NCBI GenBank assembly: GCA_963728915.1
Contig: CAVSLV010000004.1
Coordinates: 192,001-256,000, forward strand
Origin: an uncultured Gemmatimonadales bacterium
GTDB lineage: Bacteria > Gemmatimonadota > Gemmatimonadetes > Gemmatimonadales > GWC2-71-9
DNA: 64,000 nucleotides
Reading direction: 5' to 3'
The notes beneath the pieces were generated by a model that made no database searches, was not told where the DNA came from, and worked only from the letters and a program-made list of their open reading frames with translations. The position numbers and the translations under genes are program-made. Position 1 is the first letter of the stretch. Each line of letters opens with the position of its first letter. Below are positions 28,998 to 38,107 of the stretch, piece by piece.

Positions 28998-31232
28998 ATG
29001 TTCGCCATCGCATTGGCAGGCGTTCTTCTGGCGGGAGGACCCCGGTCCGTCCCCGCCATTCCCCCCGTTGGTCATACCATCTCGGGTCAGGTCACCGATT
29101 CGGGTGGGGCGGGAATCGCGGGGGCGCGGATTGTCGTCCTCGAGGTCGCACGACTCGCACAAAGCTCCCCGGAGGGACGGTACAGTATCCCCGACCTGCC
29201 CGACGGGACCTATGGCATTTCCTTCAGTGCGGTCGGATTCGCGCCGGTCGTGAGGCGGGTCACCCTTCAGGGCCAGGACCAGGTGCTGAACGTGGCCTTG
29301 AAGGCGAGCCTCATCGAGCTGCCGGCGCTTCAGACCACCGCGACCCCACTCGCGACCACCTTGCTCGCCTCCCCCCAGCCGGCGGACGTCATCGGCGGCG
29401 CCGAGCTTCGCACCGCCCAGGCGCCGTCTCTCGGTGAGACCCTCAATGTCCTGCCGGGCGTCCACAGCTGGAGCACCGGCGTGGGTATCGGGAAGCCGGT
29501 GATCCGGGGACTCACCGCGAATCGGGTCCTGGTGCTCGACAACGGGCAGCGCCTCGAGACCGCCCAGTGGGGCGATGAGCATTCCCCCAACATCGAGACC
29601 GAGACCGCCGAGCGGATTGAAGTGATCCGGGGTCCGGCGAGCGTCCTGTATGGATCGGACGCGCTGGGGGGCGTCATCAACGTGATTCCCCGGGACCTCC
29701 CCAGCTCCGGCTTTCACGGGATGGCCTCGGCGGCATACGGCTCGAATAACCGGCAGCCGGACGGCGCCCTTCTGGTCGAAGGGGGAAGCCAGAGCTTCGG
29801 ACTTCGCGCCACCGTGAGCGGACGAAAGAGTGAGGATGTCCGGACCCCCGATTATGTCCTCTGGAACAGCGCGAACGAGGCCATCGGTGGCTCGGGAACC
29901 GCGGGCTTCCGGGGCAGCTGGGGTTCCCTCACCGGCACCTTTTCTCAGCGGAATGAGAAGATCCACCTCACCGACGAAGACCCCGAGGCCACCCCGCTCC
30001 AGCGGATCAATACCTCCCGGGCGCGCCTCGATCTGACCCTGCCGATCGGCATAACCCGCATTGAGGCCAGTGCCGGGTTCGAGCAGAACCGGCGCCGCGA
30101 GTTCGAGGAGGCGGATGATCCCACCGTGGCCCTCGGCCTCCGGACCCGGACCTGGACCGGCAACCTGCACGTCCACCACCCGGCCATCGGCCGCCTGAAC
30201 GGGCTGATCGGCCTCTCCGGATTCCAGAGCCGTTTCAGCAAGTTCGGGGAGGAAACCCTGATCCCCAACAACAAGGCCTACAATGTGGGGGCCTTTGCCT
30301 TCGAGCAGATCGAAGCCGGCCGGTGGAATTTCTCGCTAGGGGCCCGGGTAGACCACCGTCACATGGACGTGTCCGATGACGCCGAGCTCGGTGTCGAAGC
30401 ACAAACTCGCAATTGGAATTCGGTGACCGGCAACCTCGGCGCCCTGTTCCGGATCAGCGAGCCGGTGGCGATCGTGCTGAATCTGGGCCGGGGTTATCGT
30501 GCCCCGTCGGCGTTCGATCTCTTTTCAAATGGGGTCCACGAGGGCACCGTGGCCTTCGAGCGGGGGGAGCCGACCCTCAAGAACGAAACCTCGGTGAACA
30601 CCGATCTCGCGCTCCGGGTCCAGAGTTCCCGGCTCCGGCTCGAAGTCGGCGGGTTTGCCAACCTGATCCAGAACTTCATCTACACGATTCCCACCGGCGA
30701 GACCGATCCGGAATCGGGGTTCGAGATTTTCCAGACGACGCAGGGGGATGCCAGACTTCTCGGATTCGAGGCCAGCCTGGAGTACCACCCGGTCGCGGTG
30801 ATCCACCTCCAGGGATCGGCGGACTACACCCACGGTCAGAACACCGCTACCAAGAACCCCCTCCCGCAGATCCCCCCATTCCGGGTTCAGTATCAGATCC
30901 GGTTCGAAGGGAAGAGCAGAGGATCGTTCATCGATCCGTACCTCATGGCCGGAGGGGAGACCAATGCCAGGCAGTCGCGGCAGGACCCGGCCGAGGCCCT
31001 GTTCTACGCTTCGGCTTTCGACGGGGAAGGCTACGTCTCCAGGGGCTACACCCTTGCCCAGGCGGGGGCGGGGCTCGGGATCGTCACGGGAAACGCCGTG
31101 TTACGGATCGACCTGTCGCTGCACAACGCCTTCAACACGTCCTACGCCAGCTATCTCAGTCGGATCAAGACCAACGCCGTCAATCCCGGCATGGGGAGGA
31201 ATCTTACGGTGAAGGTGTCAACCGACTTCTGA
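28998..31232 (+). CDS. TonB-dependent receptor (probably metal uptake)
   Basis: N-terminal carboxypeptidase-like domain, plug (KPVIRG, IEVIRGPASVLYGSDALGGVINVI), QWGDEH, C-terminal Phe. Confidence 0.93.
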   Translation: MFAIALAGVLLAGGPRSVPAIPPVGHTISGQVTDSGGAGIAGARIVVLEVARLAQSSPEGRYSIPDLPDGTYGISFSAVGFAPVVRRVTLQGQDQVLNVALKASLIELPALQTTATPLATTLLASPQPADVIGGAELRTAQAPSLGETLNVLPGVHSWSTGVGIGKPVIRGLTANRVLVLDNGQRLETAQWGDEHSPNIETETAERIEVIRGPASVLYGSDALGGVINVIPRDLPSSGFHGMASAAYGSNNRQPDGALLVEGGSQSFGLRATVSGRKSEDVRTPDYVLWNSANEAIGGSGTAGFRGSWGSLTGTFSQRNEKIHLTDEDPEATPLQRINTSRARLDLTLPIGITRIEASAGFEQNRRREFEEADDPTVALGLRTRTWTGNLHVHHPAIGRLNGLIGLSGFQSRFSKFGEETLIPNNKAYNVGAFAFEQIEAGRWNFSLGARVDHRHMDVSDDAELGVEAQTRNWNSVTGNLGALFRISEPVAIVLNLGRGYRAPSAFDLFSNGVHEGTVAFERGEPTLKNETSVNTDLALRVQSSRLRLEVGGFANLIQNFIYTIPTGETDPESGFEIFQTTQGDARLLGFEASLEYHPVAVIHLQGSADYTHGQNTATKNPLPQIPPFRVQYQIRFEGKSRGSFIDPYLMAGGETNARQSRQDPAEALFYASAFDGEGYVSRGYTLAQAGAGLGIVTGNAVLRIDLSLHNAFNTSYASYLSRIKTNAVNPGMGRNLTVKVSTDF

Positions 31233-31261
31233 GGCGAAGCGCGGGGTCCCGGGTCAGGGAA

Positions 31262-32779
31262 TCATCTGCTCAACGGGCGGGGTTCCCTGACGCCGGACCG
31301 CTGCTCCCGAAGGCTCGCTCGGCGCACCAGCTCGAGGTGCGGGGCCAGCACATCCGCGAATTGCCGGGCGATCGCGGCGGCCGCGCGCCCCGTCATGGCG
31401 CTCCGGGTTCTGACGCTGAGGGCGCCCACCATGCGCCCCGCGACCGCCAGAGGCACGAAGACCTCCTCCCGGTGGCCGTCCACGCGGGAGACCCATTCCT
31501 TCCCCTGAAACAGCGGCCGCCCCGGGAACTGCTCGAGCGGGGTCGCCGGCAGGTCGGCCAGAGGGCGCAACAGCGCGGGATCCAGCGTGACGACTTCGAA
31601 CTCGCCCCGGCGGAGGTGGATCGAAAGGCCGTCATGGGGCAGGATCCGACCCATCTCCTCGCCGAATCGGCGCAATCCCTCGCCCAGCTCCACCATGCCG
31701 GCGAGTGCCGCGGCGGCCCGGGGAAGCGGGGGATCTTCCGCCGGGCCGGCGGGTGGGGCCGGCGCCGGGAGTGGCAGCACCGCGGCGCCGGCCCCGCGCA
31801 GCGCCTGTACCCGTGGGGCGAGCAGCAGGGCGACCAACCCGAGGGTCTCCTCGTCTTCGGGCCGGAAGGCATCGCGGGTGACGCTGCCGAGCAGAACATA
31901 ACCCGCGATGTCTCCCGCCACGACGAGCTTCGCCCCAAGGAGGGCGTGTAGCGGGACCGCCGGACTTTCCAAGGTCCAGCGCAGCCCCTCGACCTCGCTG
32001 AGATCCCGGATCAGAAGGGTCGCCGCCTCGCCGAACCGGCTTGCGATCGGTCCCAGGGGCTCGCCCCCCTCACTCCCACTCGGTCCGCTCCAGCGCCGCC
32101 GGCCGCTCCCGCTCAGCGAAAGCAGGGTCCCCGAGATCCCTCCCACGGCGAGGATCTCCAGGGTGTCATGGGGAATCAGCTCGTACAGCGAGCCGCTCGC
32201 CCGACGCACCAGATCGGGCCCGTCGCTGGCCTCGCAGACCGCCCGGGCAAGGTGCTCGGGCAGGCTCTCGCGGGTAATCCCGTGTTCCAGCAGTGACGCG
32301 GGGGCCGAGGCGACCCGTCCCGCAAGGTCGGTCAGGACCGGTGCGAGCTGGACCGCGAGCCGGCGGAGCCCGACCGCTTCCCGGGGGCCGAAACTGCTCT
32401 TCGCGAAGCTCCCCAGGAGCACCACCCCCACCTCGCGCGAGCCGTCGGCTGGGCGGATCGGCGCGGCGATCGCCGAGCCGTACCGGGCATGCCGGAGGGT
32501 TTCCTCCAGGCGATACAGGTCACCCTGCTGAAGCTGGGGAGCGGGAACCGGAACATCGATCCGGTCTTCTCCCAGCGCGGCCGGTCCCAGAAGGACCGCC
32601 CCGCCGCGGGGAGGATAGAGCCAGAGGGCAAAGAGGTCGTGGGGAATATCGATCGCGACCGTGGCGCTCAGGGCGACGTGCCAGGTCTCGATCGCGACCG
32701 GATCCGGGGCACCGCCTTCGGTGCGGAGGAGCGGAACAAGGAATTCGCCGGCCATGGTTGGCCGGGGAGCAGGAGGCAT
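31262..32779 (-). CDS. Hypothetical protein with degenerate GAF-like repeats
   Basis: Three segments ending in AAPIR/GAKLVV..G/VPLAVAGRMVGAL patterns; start uncertain (possibly 32755). Confidence 0.55.
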   Translation of the reverse strand: MPPAPRPTMAGEFLVPLLRTEGGAPDPVAIETWHVALSATVAIDIPHDLFALWLYPPRGGAVLLGPAALGEDRIDVPVPAPQLQQGDLYRLEETLRHARYGSAIAAPIRPADGSREVGVVLLGSFAKSSFGPREAVGLRRLAVQLAPVLTDLAGRVASAPASLLEHGITRESLPEHLARAVCEASDGPDLVRRASGSLYELIPHDTLEILAVGGISGTLLSLSGSGRRRWSGPSGSEGGEPLGPIASRFGEAATLLIRDLSEVEGLRWTLESPAVPLHALLGAKLVVAGDIAGYVLLGSVTRDAFRPEDEETLGLVALLLAPRVQALRGAGAAVLPLPAPAPPAGPAEDPPLPRAAAALAGMVELGEGLRRFGEEMGRILPHDGLSIHLRRGEFEVVTLDPALLRPLADLPATPLEQFPGRPLFQGKEWVSRVDGHREEVFVPLAVAGRMVGALSVRTRSAMTGRAAAAIARQFADVLAPHLELVRRASLREQRSGVREPRPLSR

Positions 32780-32827
32780 GCCCGTGAGATTGTACCCGCC
32801 AACCTCTTGTTCGGCAACCAGTTGGCC

Positions 32828-34105
32828 TCAGGCGGCCTGGGCCCTCTCCGTGTCCGCTGCGACCGCCGGCGCAGCCAGCAAGACGATGAGCGCTCCGATC
32901 AACGCCGCCACGGGAAGGAGCAAAACCGCCCATTGCAAGCCGAATCGATCGGACAGGAAGCCGACCAGCGGAAACGCGATCGCGTCTCCCGCCAGATGGA
33001 TGAACATGAGAAAGGCGCCCGCCACCGTCGTGGCGATGCGGGGCGGCGTCACGTCGAAGATCACTGCCGCCAGCGGGCCGTTGTACCAGGTGAGGAAGAA
33101 GAACGCCGCGGTGAAAACGGGGATGAACCACCCCATGTCCCGGATGAAGAGGAGCCAGATCGCGAGCGGAGAGCCCAGGATGAACCCTAACCCGGTCGCG
33201 AGGATCCGCCCGCTGGCCCAGCGGAGCCGCAGCCAGTCCGCAATGAAGCCCCCCGTGATGGTCCCGGCGGTGCCCCCGATCAGGCCGTAGGAGCCGAGCA
33301 GCAGGGTCGATTGCGCGATCGACAGGCCCCGCTCCCGCGACAGGAACGTCGGCGCCCATCCCACCAGGCCGTTCATACCGAAGGAGATCAGCGCGCCCCC
33401 TGCGAACACCGCCACCAGGGTCCGTGTCGAGAGAATCCGGCGCGCCGCCCCCTCCAGGTCGCGCATGGTGGCCAGCAGCGCCTCGGCCCCCAGGCGGGAG
33501 GGAATGGCCGGCCGGCTGGGGTCCTTGAGTCGGAGCACCAGGGCCGCGACCAGGAACCCGGGAAGGCCCAGGGCAAAGAACGCGACCCGCCACCCGTAGC
33601 GATGCTCCAGCTGACCCGCGATCAGGATGCCCAGGACCCCGCCAACCGCGAGGCCGGACATGAAGAGTCCCATGGCGATGGAGCGTCGCCGCCCCGGGAA
33701 ATAGTCGGCCACCAGCGAGGCGCCGCCGGTGGCTGCGGCGGCGCCTCCTAACCCGATCACGCAGCGGGAGAGCAGCAGCGCGCCGAATCCGTCGGCCAGC
33801 CCCGACAAGCTCGTCGCGACGCTCCACAGCATCACCCCGGCGGCGATCACCACCCGGCGGGATCCCAGGTCGCCGATGATGCCGGCCGGCACCGAGGCGA
33901 GGGAGAACACCAGGACGTAGGCCGATCCCAGCCACCCGAGATGGGCGTCGGTCAGACCGAGGTCGCGCTTGACCGGCTCGAACAGCGCGAAGATGGCGTT
34001 GCGTTCGAGATAGTTGAGAAGATTGGTGGCGGTAAGAAGCGCCAGCGCGTAGTACGCGTATGGCGCGGGCCGGGAAGGCTCGGCGGTGGTCGCAGACACG
34101 GGCAC
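32828..34105 (-). CDS. MFS transporter (spinster-like)
   Basis: About 12 TM segments, NYLER, G.IGD.GSRR, YGWRVAF. Confidence 0.9.
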   Translation of the reverse strand: MPVSATTAEPSRPAPYAYYALALLTATNLLNYLERNAIFALFEPVKRDLGLTDAHLGWLGSAYVLVFSLASVPAGIIGDLGSRRVVIAAGVMLWSVATSLSGLADGFGALLLSRCVIGLGGAAAATGGASLVADYFPGRRRSIAMGLFMSGLAVGGVLGILIAGQLEHRYGWRVAFFALGLPGFLVAALVLRLKDPSRPAIPSRLGAEALLATMRDLEGAARRILSTRTLVAVFAGGALISFGMNGLVGWAPTFLSRERGLSIAQSTLLLGSYGLIGGTAGTITGGFIADWLRLRWASGRILATGLGFILGSPLAIWLLFIRDMGWFIPVFTAAFFFLTWYNGPLAAVIFDVTPPRIATTVAGAFLMFIHLAGDAIAFPLVGFLSDRFGLQWAVLLLPVAALIGALIVLLAAPAVAADTERAQAA

Positions 34106-34135
34106 AATATAGCGGTCGGCCTTAGCTTCCCGGCC

Positions 34136-34408
34136 ATGAAGCCTGGACCGGAGCGGACCTGGCGGAGCCTGATCATGCGGCTGACGACGCGCGCTCTCGT
34201 GAACCCCAGGCTCGCGATCGATCTGGTCCGGACCGGGTGGGCCTTCCGGCGCCGCGACTGGTGGCGGATCGCCCCCTTCCTGCCCCTCCCGGATCGTGCC
34301 TACCTGCGTTGGCGGATGTATACCGCCTATGGGGATGAGTCCGCCGTCCCGCCCCTCCGCGATGTGCTCGGATTCGTCCGATGGCGGCGCGAGACGATGC
34401 GGCTGTGA
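34136..34408 (+). CDS. Small hypothetical protein
   Basis: W...PFLPLP...YLRWRMYTAYG motif; stop overlaps the ndh start. Confidence 0.6.
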   Translation: MKPGPERTWRSLIMRLTTRALVNPRLAIDLVRTGWAFRRRDWWRIAPFLPLPDRAYLRWRMYTAYGDESAVPPLRDVLGFVRWRRETMRL

Positions 34409-35661
34409 CCGCTCCCCGGGTGGTGATCGTGGGCGGTGGCTTCGGCGGCCTCAATGTCGCGAAGGCCCTGCGCCGGAGTCCGGTGGGCGTGGTCCTGATC
34501 GATCGGACCAATCACCATCTCTTTCAACCGCTCCTGTACCAGGTGGCCACCGCCGCCCTCTCCGCACCCGATATCTCCTATCCCATTCGTTCGGTGCTGC
34601 GGCGACAGCGCCGGGTCGAAGTCCTGCTCGGCGACGTGATTCGGATCGATGTCGCGGCCCGCGAGATCGGCCTCCGCGATGGCGACCGTACCGGCTTCGA
34701 CTACCTGGTGCTCGCGCCCGGCACCCGACATTCCTATTTCGGGCACCCCCGGTGGGAAGCCCTGGCGCCCGGTCTCAAGACCCTCGCCGACGCCGGGGAA
34801 ATCCGCCGCCGGATTCTGCTCGCATTCGAGTCGGCGGAACGCCGCCGCGAACCGCTGACGTTCGTCGTCGTTGGCGCCGGGCCCACCGGAGCGGAGCTGG
34901 CAGGAGCGATCGCCGAAATGTCCCGCTACACCCTGCGCCACGATTTTCGGCGGGTGGACCCGCGGCGGGCCCGGATTCTCCTGCTGGAAGGCGGTCCCCG
35001 CATTCTGCCGACCTATCCCCCGGGTCTCGCGGCCAAAGCGACGCGCCATCTCGAGCGGCTCGGCGTCGAGGTCCGGACCGGCACCCTGGTCTCGTCGGTC
35101 GATGGTGAAGGAGTGCATGTCGGCGAAACGACGATTCCCGCATCCGCGGTGATCTGGGCTGCCGGAAACGAAGCGAGTCCGCTGCTCCGCGAGCTCGGCG
35201 TGCCGCTCGACCGCCAGGGCAGGGTGCCGGTCGAAGCGGACTGTACCGTGCCCGGCCACTCGAGGATCTTCGTGATCGGTGATGCAGCGGCGTTCCGGCA
35301 CCAGGCCGGATACGACCTGCTGCCCGGAGTGAGCCCGGTCGCGATCCAGCAGGGGCACTACGTTGGACGGAGTATCCGTCGTGACCTTGCCGGTGAGCCC
35401 CGCCGACCCTTTCATTACTTCAACAAGGGCCAGCTGGCCGTGATCGGAAGAGGCTTCGCGGTCGCCGACCTCGGGTGGATCCGGGCTGCCGGCTACCCGG
35501 CGTGGCTCCTCTGGGTCTTCATTCACATCTTCTACCTGATCGGATTCCGGAGCAGAGTGCTGGTGATGTTCGAATGGGCCTGGTCCTACCTGACCCTTTC
35601 ACGGGGGGCGCGGGTGATTCCGGGCGAGTGGCGCCCCGCTGCCGATTCCCGGGAACCCTGA
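34405..35661 (+). CDS. ndh: Type II NADH dehydrogenase
   Basis: GGGFGG, HLFQPLLYQVAT, GAGPTGAELAG, FVIGD. Confidence 0.92.
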   Translation: MTAPRVVIVGGGFGGLNVAKALRRSPVGVVLIDRTNHHLFQPLLYQVATAALSAPDISYPIRSVLRRQRRVEVLLGDVIRIDVAAREIGLRDGDRTGFDYLVLAPGTRHSYFGHPRWEALAPGLKTLADAGEIRRRILLAFESAERRREPLTFVVVGAGPTGAELAGAIAEMSRYTLRHDFRRVDPRRARILLLEGGPRILPTYPPGLAAKATRHLERLGVEVRTGTLVSSVDGEGVHVGETTIPASAVIWAAGNEASPLLRELGVPLDRQGRVPVEADCTVPGHSRIFVIGDAAAFRHQAGYDLLPGVSPVAIQQGHYVGRSIRRDLAGEPRRPFHYFNKGQLAVIGRGFAVADLGWIRAAGYPAWLLWVFIHIFYLIGFRSRVLVMFEWAWSYLTLSRGARVIPGEWRPAADSREP

Positions 35662-35662
35662 A

Positions 35663-36667
35663 ATGGATGCAGGACAGGTTTCCCGCCCCGCCCTGCAGGC
35701 GGAGGCCGGCCGGCTCGGGTTTGCGGCCGCTGGCATCGCGTCGCTGGAGCCGAGCCGCTACGCCGACGCGCTGGACCGCTGGCTCGCTGCGGGTTATGCG
35801 GGGACCATGCGGTATCTCCACCGTCAGGCCCGCCGCCGCAAGGCGCCCGCGACGATCGTGCCGGAAGCGCGGGTCGCGGTGGTGGTCCTGGAGAACTATT
35901 TGCCGGAGGAGCCGGGGAATCGCGAATCCGAACCGGCGGGTCCTGCGAAGGTCAGGATCGCGAAGTACGCCCGGGGCACCGATTACCACCGCGCGCTCAA
36001 GGCGCGGCTGGAGGAGCTCGCCGGCTGGCTTCGAAGTCGTGGCGCCGCCGTCACCCGGAGCTACACCGACGCGGGACCGGTTCCCGAACGCGAGCTGGCG
36101 GCGCGGGCCGGCCTGGGCTGGATCGGGAAGAACACCATGCTGATCCGTCCCGGCGCGGGCTCGTTCTTCCTGATCGGGAGCATCTTCACCGATCTCGAGT
36201 TCGGAATCCCGGGTCCGGAATCCGGCGCATCCCCTTCCCCCTCCGGACTCCCGACTCCGGACTCTGATTACTGCGGTTCCTGCACCCGTTGCCTGGATGC
36301 CTGCCCGACCGGAGCCCTGCTGGGGGATCGCGTGCTCGACGCGACCCGCTGCATCTCCTACCTCACCATCGAGTCACGGGCCCCGATTCCCGAGCCGCGG
36401 GCCGGCGAGCTCCAGGGTTGGGCCTTCGGTTGCGACATCTGCAATGACGTCTGTCCCTGGAACCAGCGCTTTGCAGCGCCCACCGCCCGGCCCGAGTACC
36501 GGGAGCGTGGCGCCATTCGCTCCGAGGATCCCGGGTTCTTCGATCGGATGTCCCCGGAAGAGTTCGCGGCGCGCTTCGGGGATACCCCCCTGGAACGACC
36601 CGGCCTGGTCGGGATGCGCCGCAACTGGCGGGTCGCCTGGCGAAGCCTTTCCCTGGAGCGTCGATGA
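35663..36667 (+). CDS. queG: Epoxyqueuosine reductase
   Basis: YARG.DYH, GLGWIGKNT, CGSCTRCLDACPTGA, RCISYLTIE, GCDICNDVCPWN. Confidence 0.95.
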   Translation: MDAGQVSRPALQAEAGRLGFAAAGIASLEPSRYADALDRWLAAGYAGTMRYLHRQARRRKAPATIVPEARVAVVVLENYLPEEPGNRESEPAGPAKVRIAKYARGTDYHRALKARLEELAGWLRSRGAAVTRSYTDAGPVPERELAARAGLGWIGKNTMLIRPGAGSFFLIGSIFTDLEFGIPGPESGASPSPSGLPTPDSDYCGSCTRCLDACPTGALLGDRVLDATRCISYLTIESRAPIPEPRAGELQGWAFGCDICNDVCPWNQRFAAPTARPEYRERGAIRSEDPGFFDRMSPEEFAARFGDTPLERPGLVGMRRNWRVAWRSLSLERR

Positions 36668-37035
36668 TCGAACGGGTGCACTCCTTGGCCGTCTTCGTGA
36701 ACAACCTGGATCGCGCGATCGAGTTCTATCGCGACGTCCTCGGCCTCCCGGTGCACAAACAGGGAAGCTTCGGCCTCGAGCTTTTTCTCGAGCCGCCTCA
36801 CCTTGGAATCCATCCAGCGGTGCATCCCGATGCCAAGAGCCTGGTCGGGCGGCACACCGGAGTCACCTTTTATGTCCCTGGGCTCCTGCACTATTGCGGG
36901 GTATTGCATGAACGCGGGGTTCGGTTCGTGAGTGAGCCAACCCGCATGTCGTGGGGGGTCATGGCGATGATCGCCGACCCGGAGGAGAACGTCTTTGCGC
37001 TCTGGGAGGACTTGCCGGCCGAGCCGCCCGCCTAG
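36664..37035 (+). CDS. VOC/glyoxalase family protein
   Basis: V.NLDRAIEFYRDVLGL, DPEEN. Confidence 0.85.
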   Translation: MIERVHSLAVFVNNLDRAIEFYRDVLGLPVHKQGSFGLELFLEPPHLGIHPAVHPDAKSLVGRHTGVTFYVPGLLHYCGVLHERGVRFVSEPTRMSWGVMAMIADPEENVFALWEDLPAEPPA

Positions 37036-37220
37036 GACTTGGTGGCCTTCCGCTTCCGCCGCCGTGCCGCCGCGGACTTGAGCTTGCGCGCTTCGCTGGG
37101 TTTGAGATAATGCCGCTTGGCGCGGAGATCCTTGAGGATCCCGGCCTTGATGACCTTCTTCTTGAACGCCTTGAGGGCGCCGTCGAGGCGGTCGCCCTCG
37201 CCGATCGTCACTTCGATCAT
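37032..37220 (-). CDS. rpsU: 30S ribosomal protein bS21
   Basis: MIEVTIGEGDRLDGALKAFKKK...HYLKPS..RK; AGGAG RBS. Confidence 0.92.
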   Translation of the reverse strand: MIEVTIGEGDRLDGALKAFKKKVIKAGILKDLRAKRHYLKPSEARKLKSAAARRRKRKATKS

Positions 37221-37243
37221 TGCTTCTCCTTGCCTGGGGCCAT

Positions 37244-37271
37244 GGGGGCGGGAGGGATTCCCCCCGCCCCC
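37244..37271 (-). other. Intercistronic GC-rich hairpin between csp and rpsU
   Basis: GGGGGCGGGGGG-AATC-CCTCCCGCCCCC on the minus strand; no U-tract. Confidence 0.55.
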
Positions 37272-37282
37272 GCTTGACGCGG

Positions 37283-37495
37283 TTACTTCGCGATCTTCAC
37301 GACGTTTTCTGCGGCGGGACCCTTCTGACCCTGGACGATGGTGAACTCCACTCGATCGCCTTCGGCGAGCGAGCGAAAGCCGTCGGCCTGAATCGCGGAG
37401 TGATGGACGAAACAGTCCTTCTCGCCGCCTTCGGGGGTGATGAACCCGAAGCCCTTCGCATCGTTGAACCACTTGACCGTGCCGGTCGTACGCAT
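37283..37495 (-). CDS. cspA: Cold-shock protein (CspA family)
   Basis: [31 protein letters not shown]. Confidence 0.93.
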   Translation of the reverse strand: MRTTGTVKWFNDAKGFGFITPEGGEKDCFVHHSAIQADGFRSLAEGDRVEFTIVQGQKGPAAENVVKIAK

Positions 37496-37687
37496 TCCTG
37501 CTCCTTCGTGTGTTGTAATCGGAGACCGAGTGTGCGCCTCGGCAAACAACGAGGGGTCGCACTGAGAGCGACCCCTGTGCATCGTCCCCGAAGCTGTCTG
37601 ATCACGCCCCAATGCGGTACCAGATAGCCGGAGAATATAGCGTCCCGCCGTTCGGATTTCAAAAGGGTCTGCGACGGGCCGGAGCGG

Positions 37688-38107
37688 CTAGGGGCGGGCG
37701 AGCCGTGAGGGCCGAAGCCGGACCAGCGAGGCGATGGCCACCAACCCGAGGGCGACGAACGCCGGGGTATGCCGAGTGGCGAACAGGGTCATCGCCCCCA
37801 CGATCGCCGGCATCTCCAGGACCGACCAGATCAACACCGCCCGTCCCAGGTGTTCCTGCCACCAGGCGTCCGGGCCGGCCCCTCCCGTTCCGGGAAGGCG
37901 CTGCCGCACCACCGAGGCGATCGTAAAACTGGACAGCCCGGTGAACAGGGCGACCGCGTCGAGCGTCCCGAGCGACGTGGTCACCGTTCCGGTGCTCCGG
38001 GTTACCACGAAGGCGCCCGCGAGGACGATACAGGTGCTGGCGAGGATGAAGGCGTGGAAGGTCCGGGCGGTCTGAATGGACGGTCCCGGGTTAGGGGATC
38101 GAATCAC
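37688..38107 (-). CDS. Small 4-TM hypothetical membrane protein
   Basis: Hydrophobic helices; overlaps the end of dacB. Confidence 0.6.
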   Translation of the reverse strand: MIRSPNPGPSIQTARTFHAFILASTCIVLAGAFVVTRSTGTVTTSLGTLDAVALFTGLSSFTIASVVRQRLPGTGGAGPDAWWQEHLGRAVLIWSVLEMPAIVGAMTLFATRHTPAFVALGLVAIASLVRLRPSRLARP

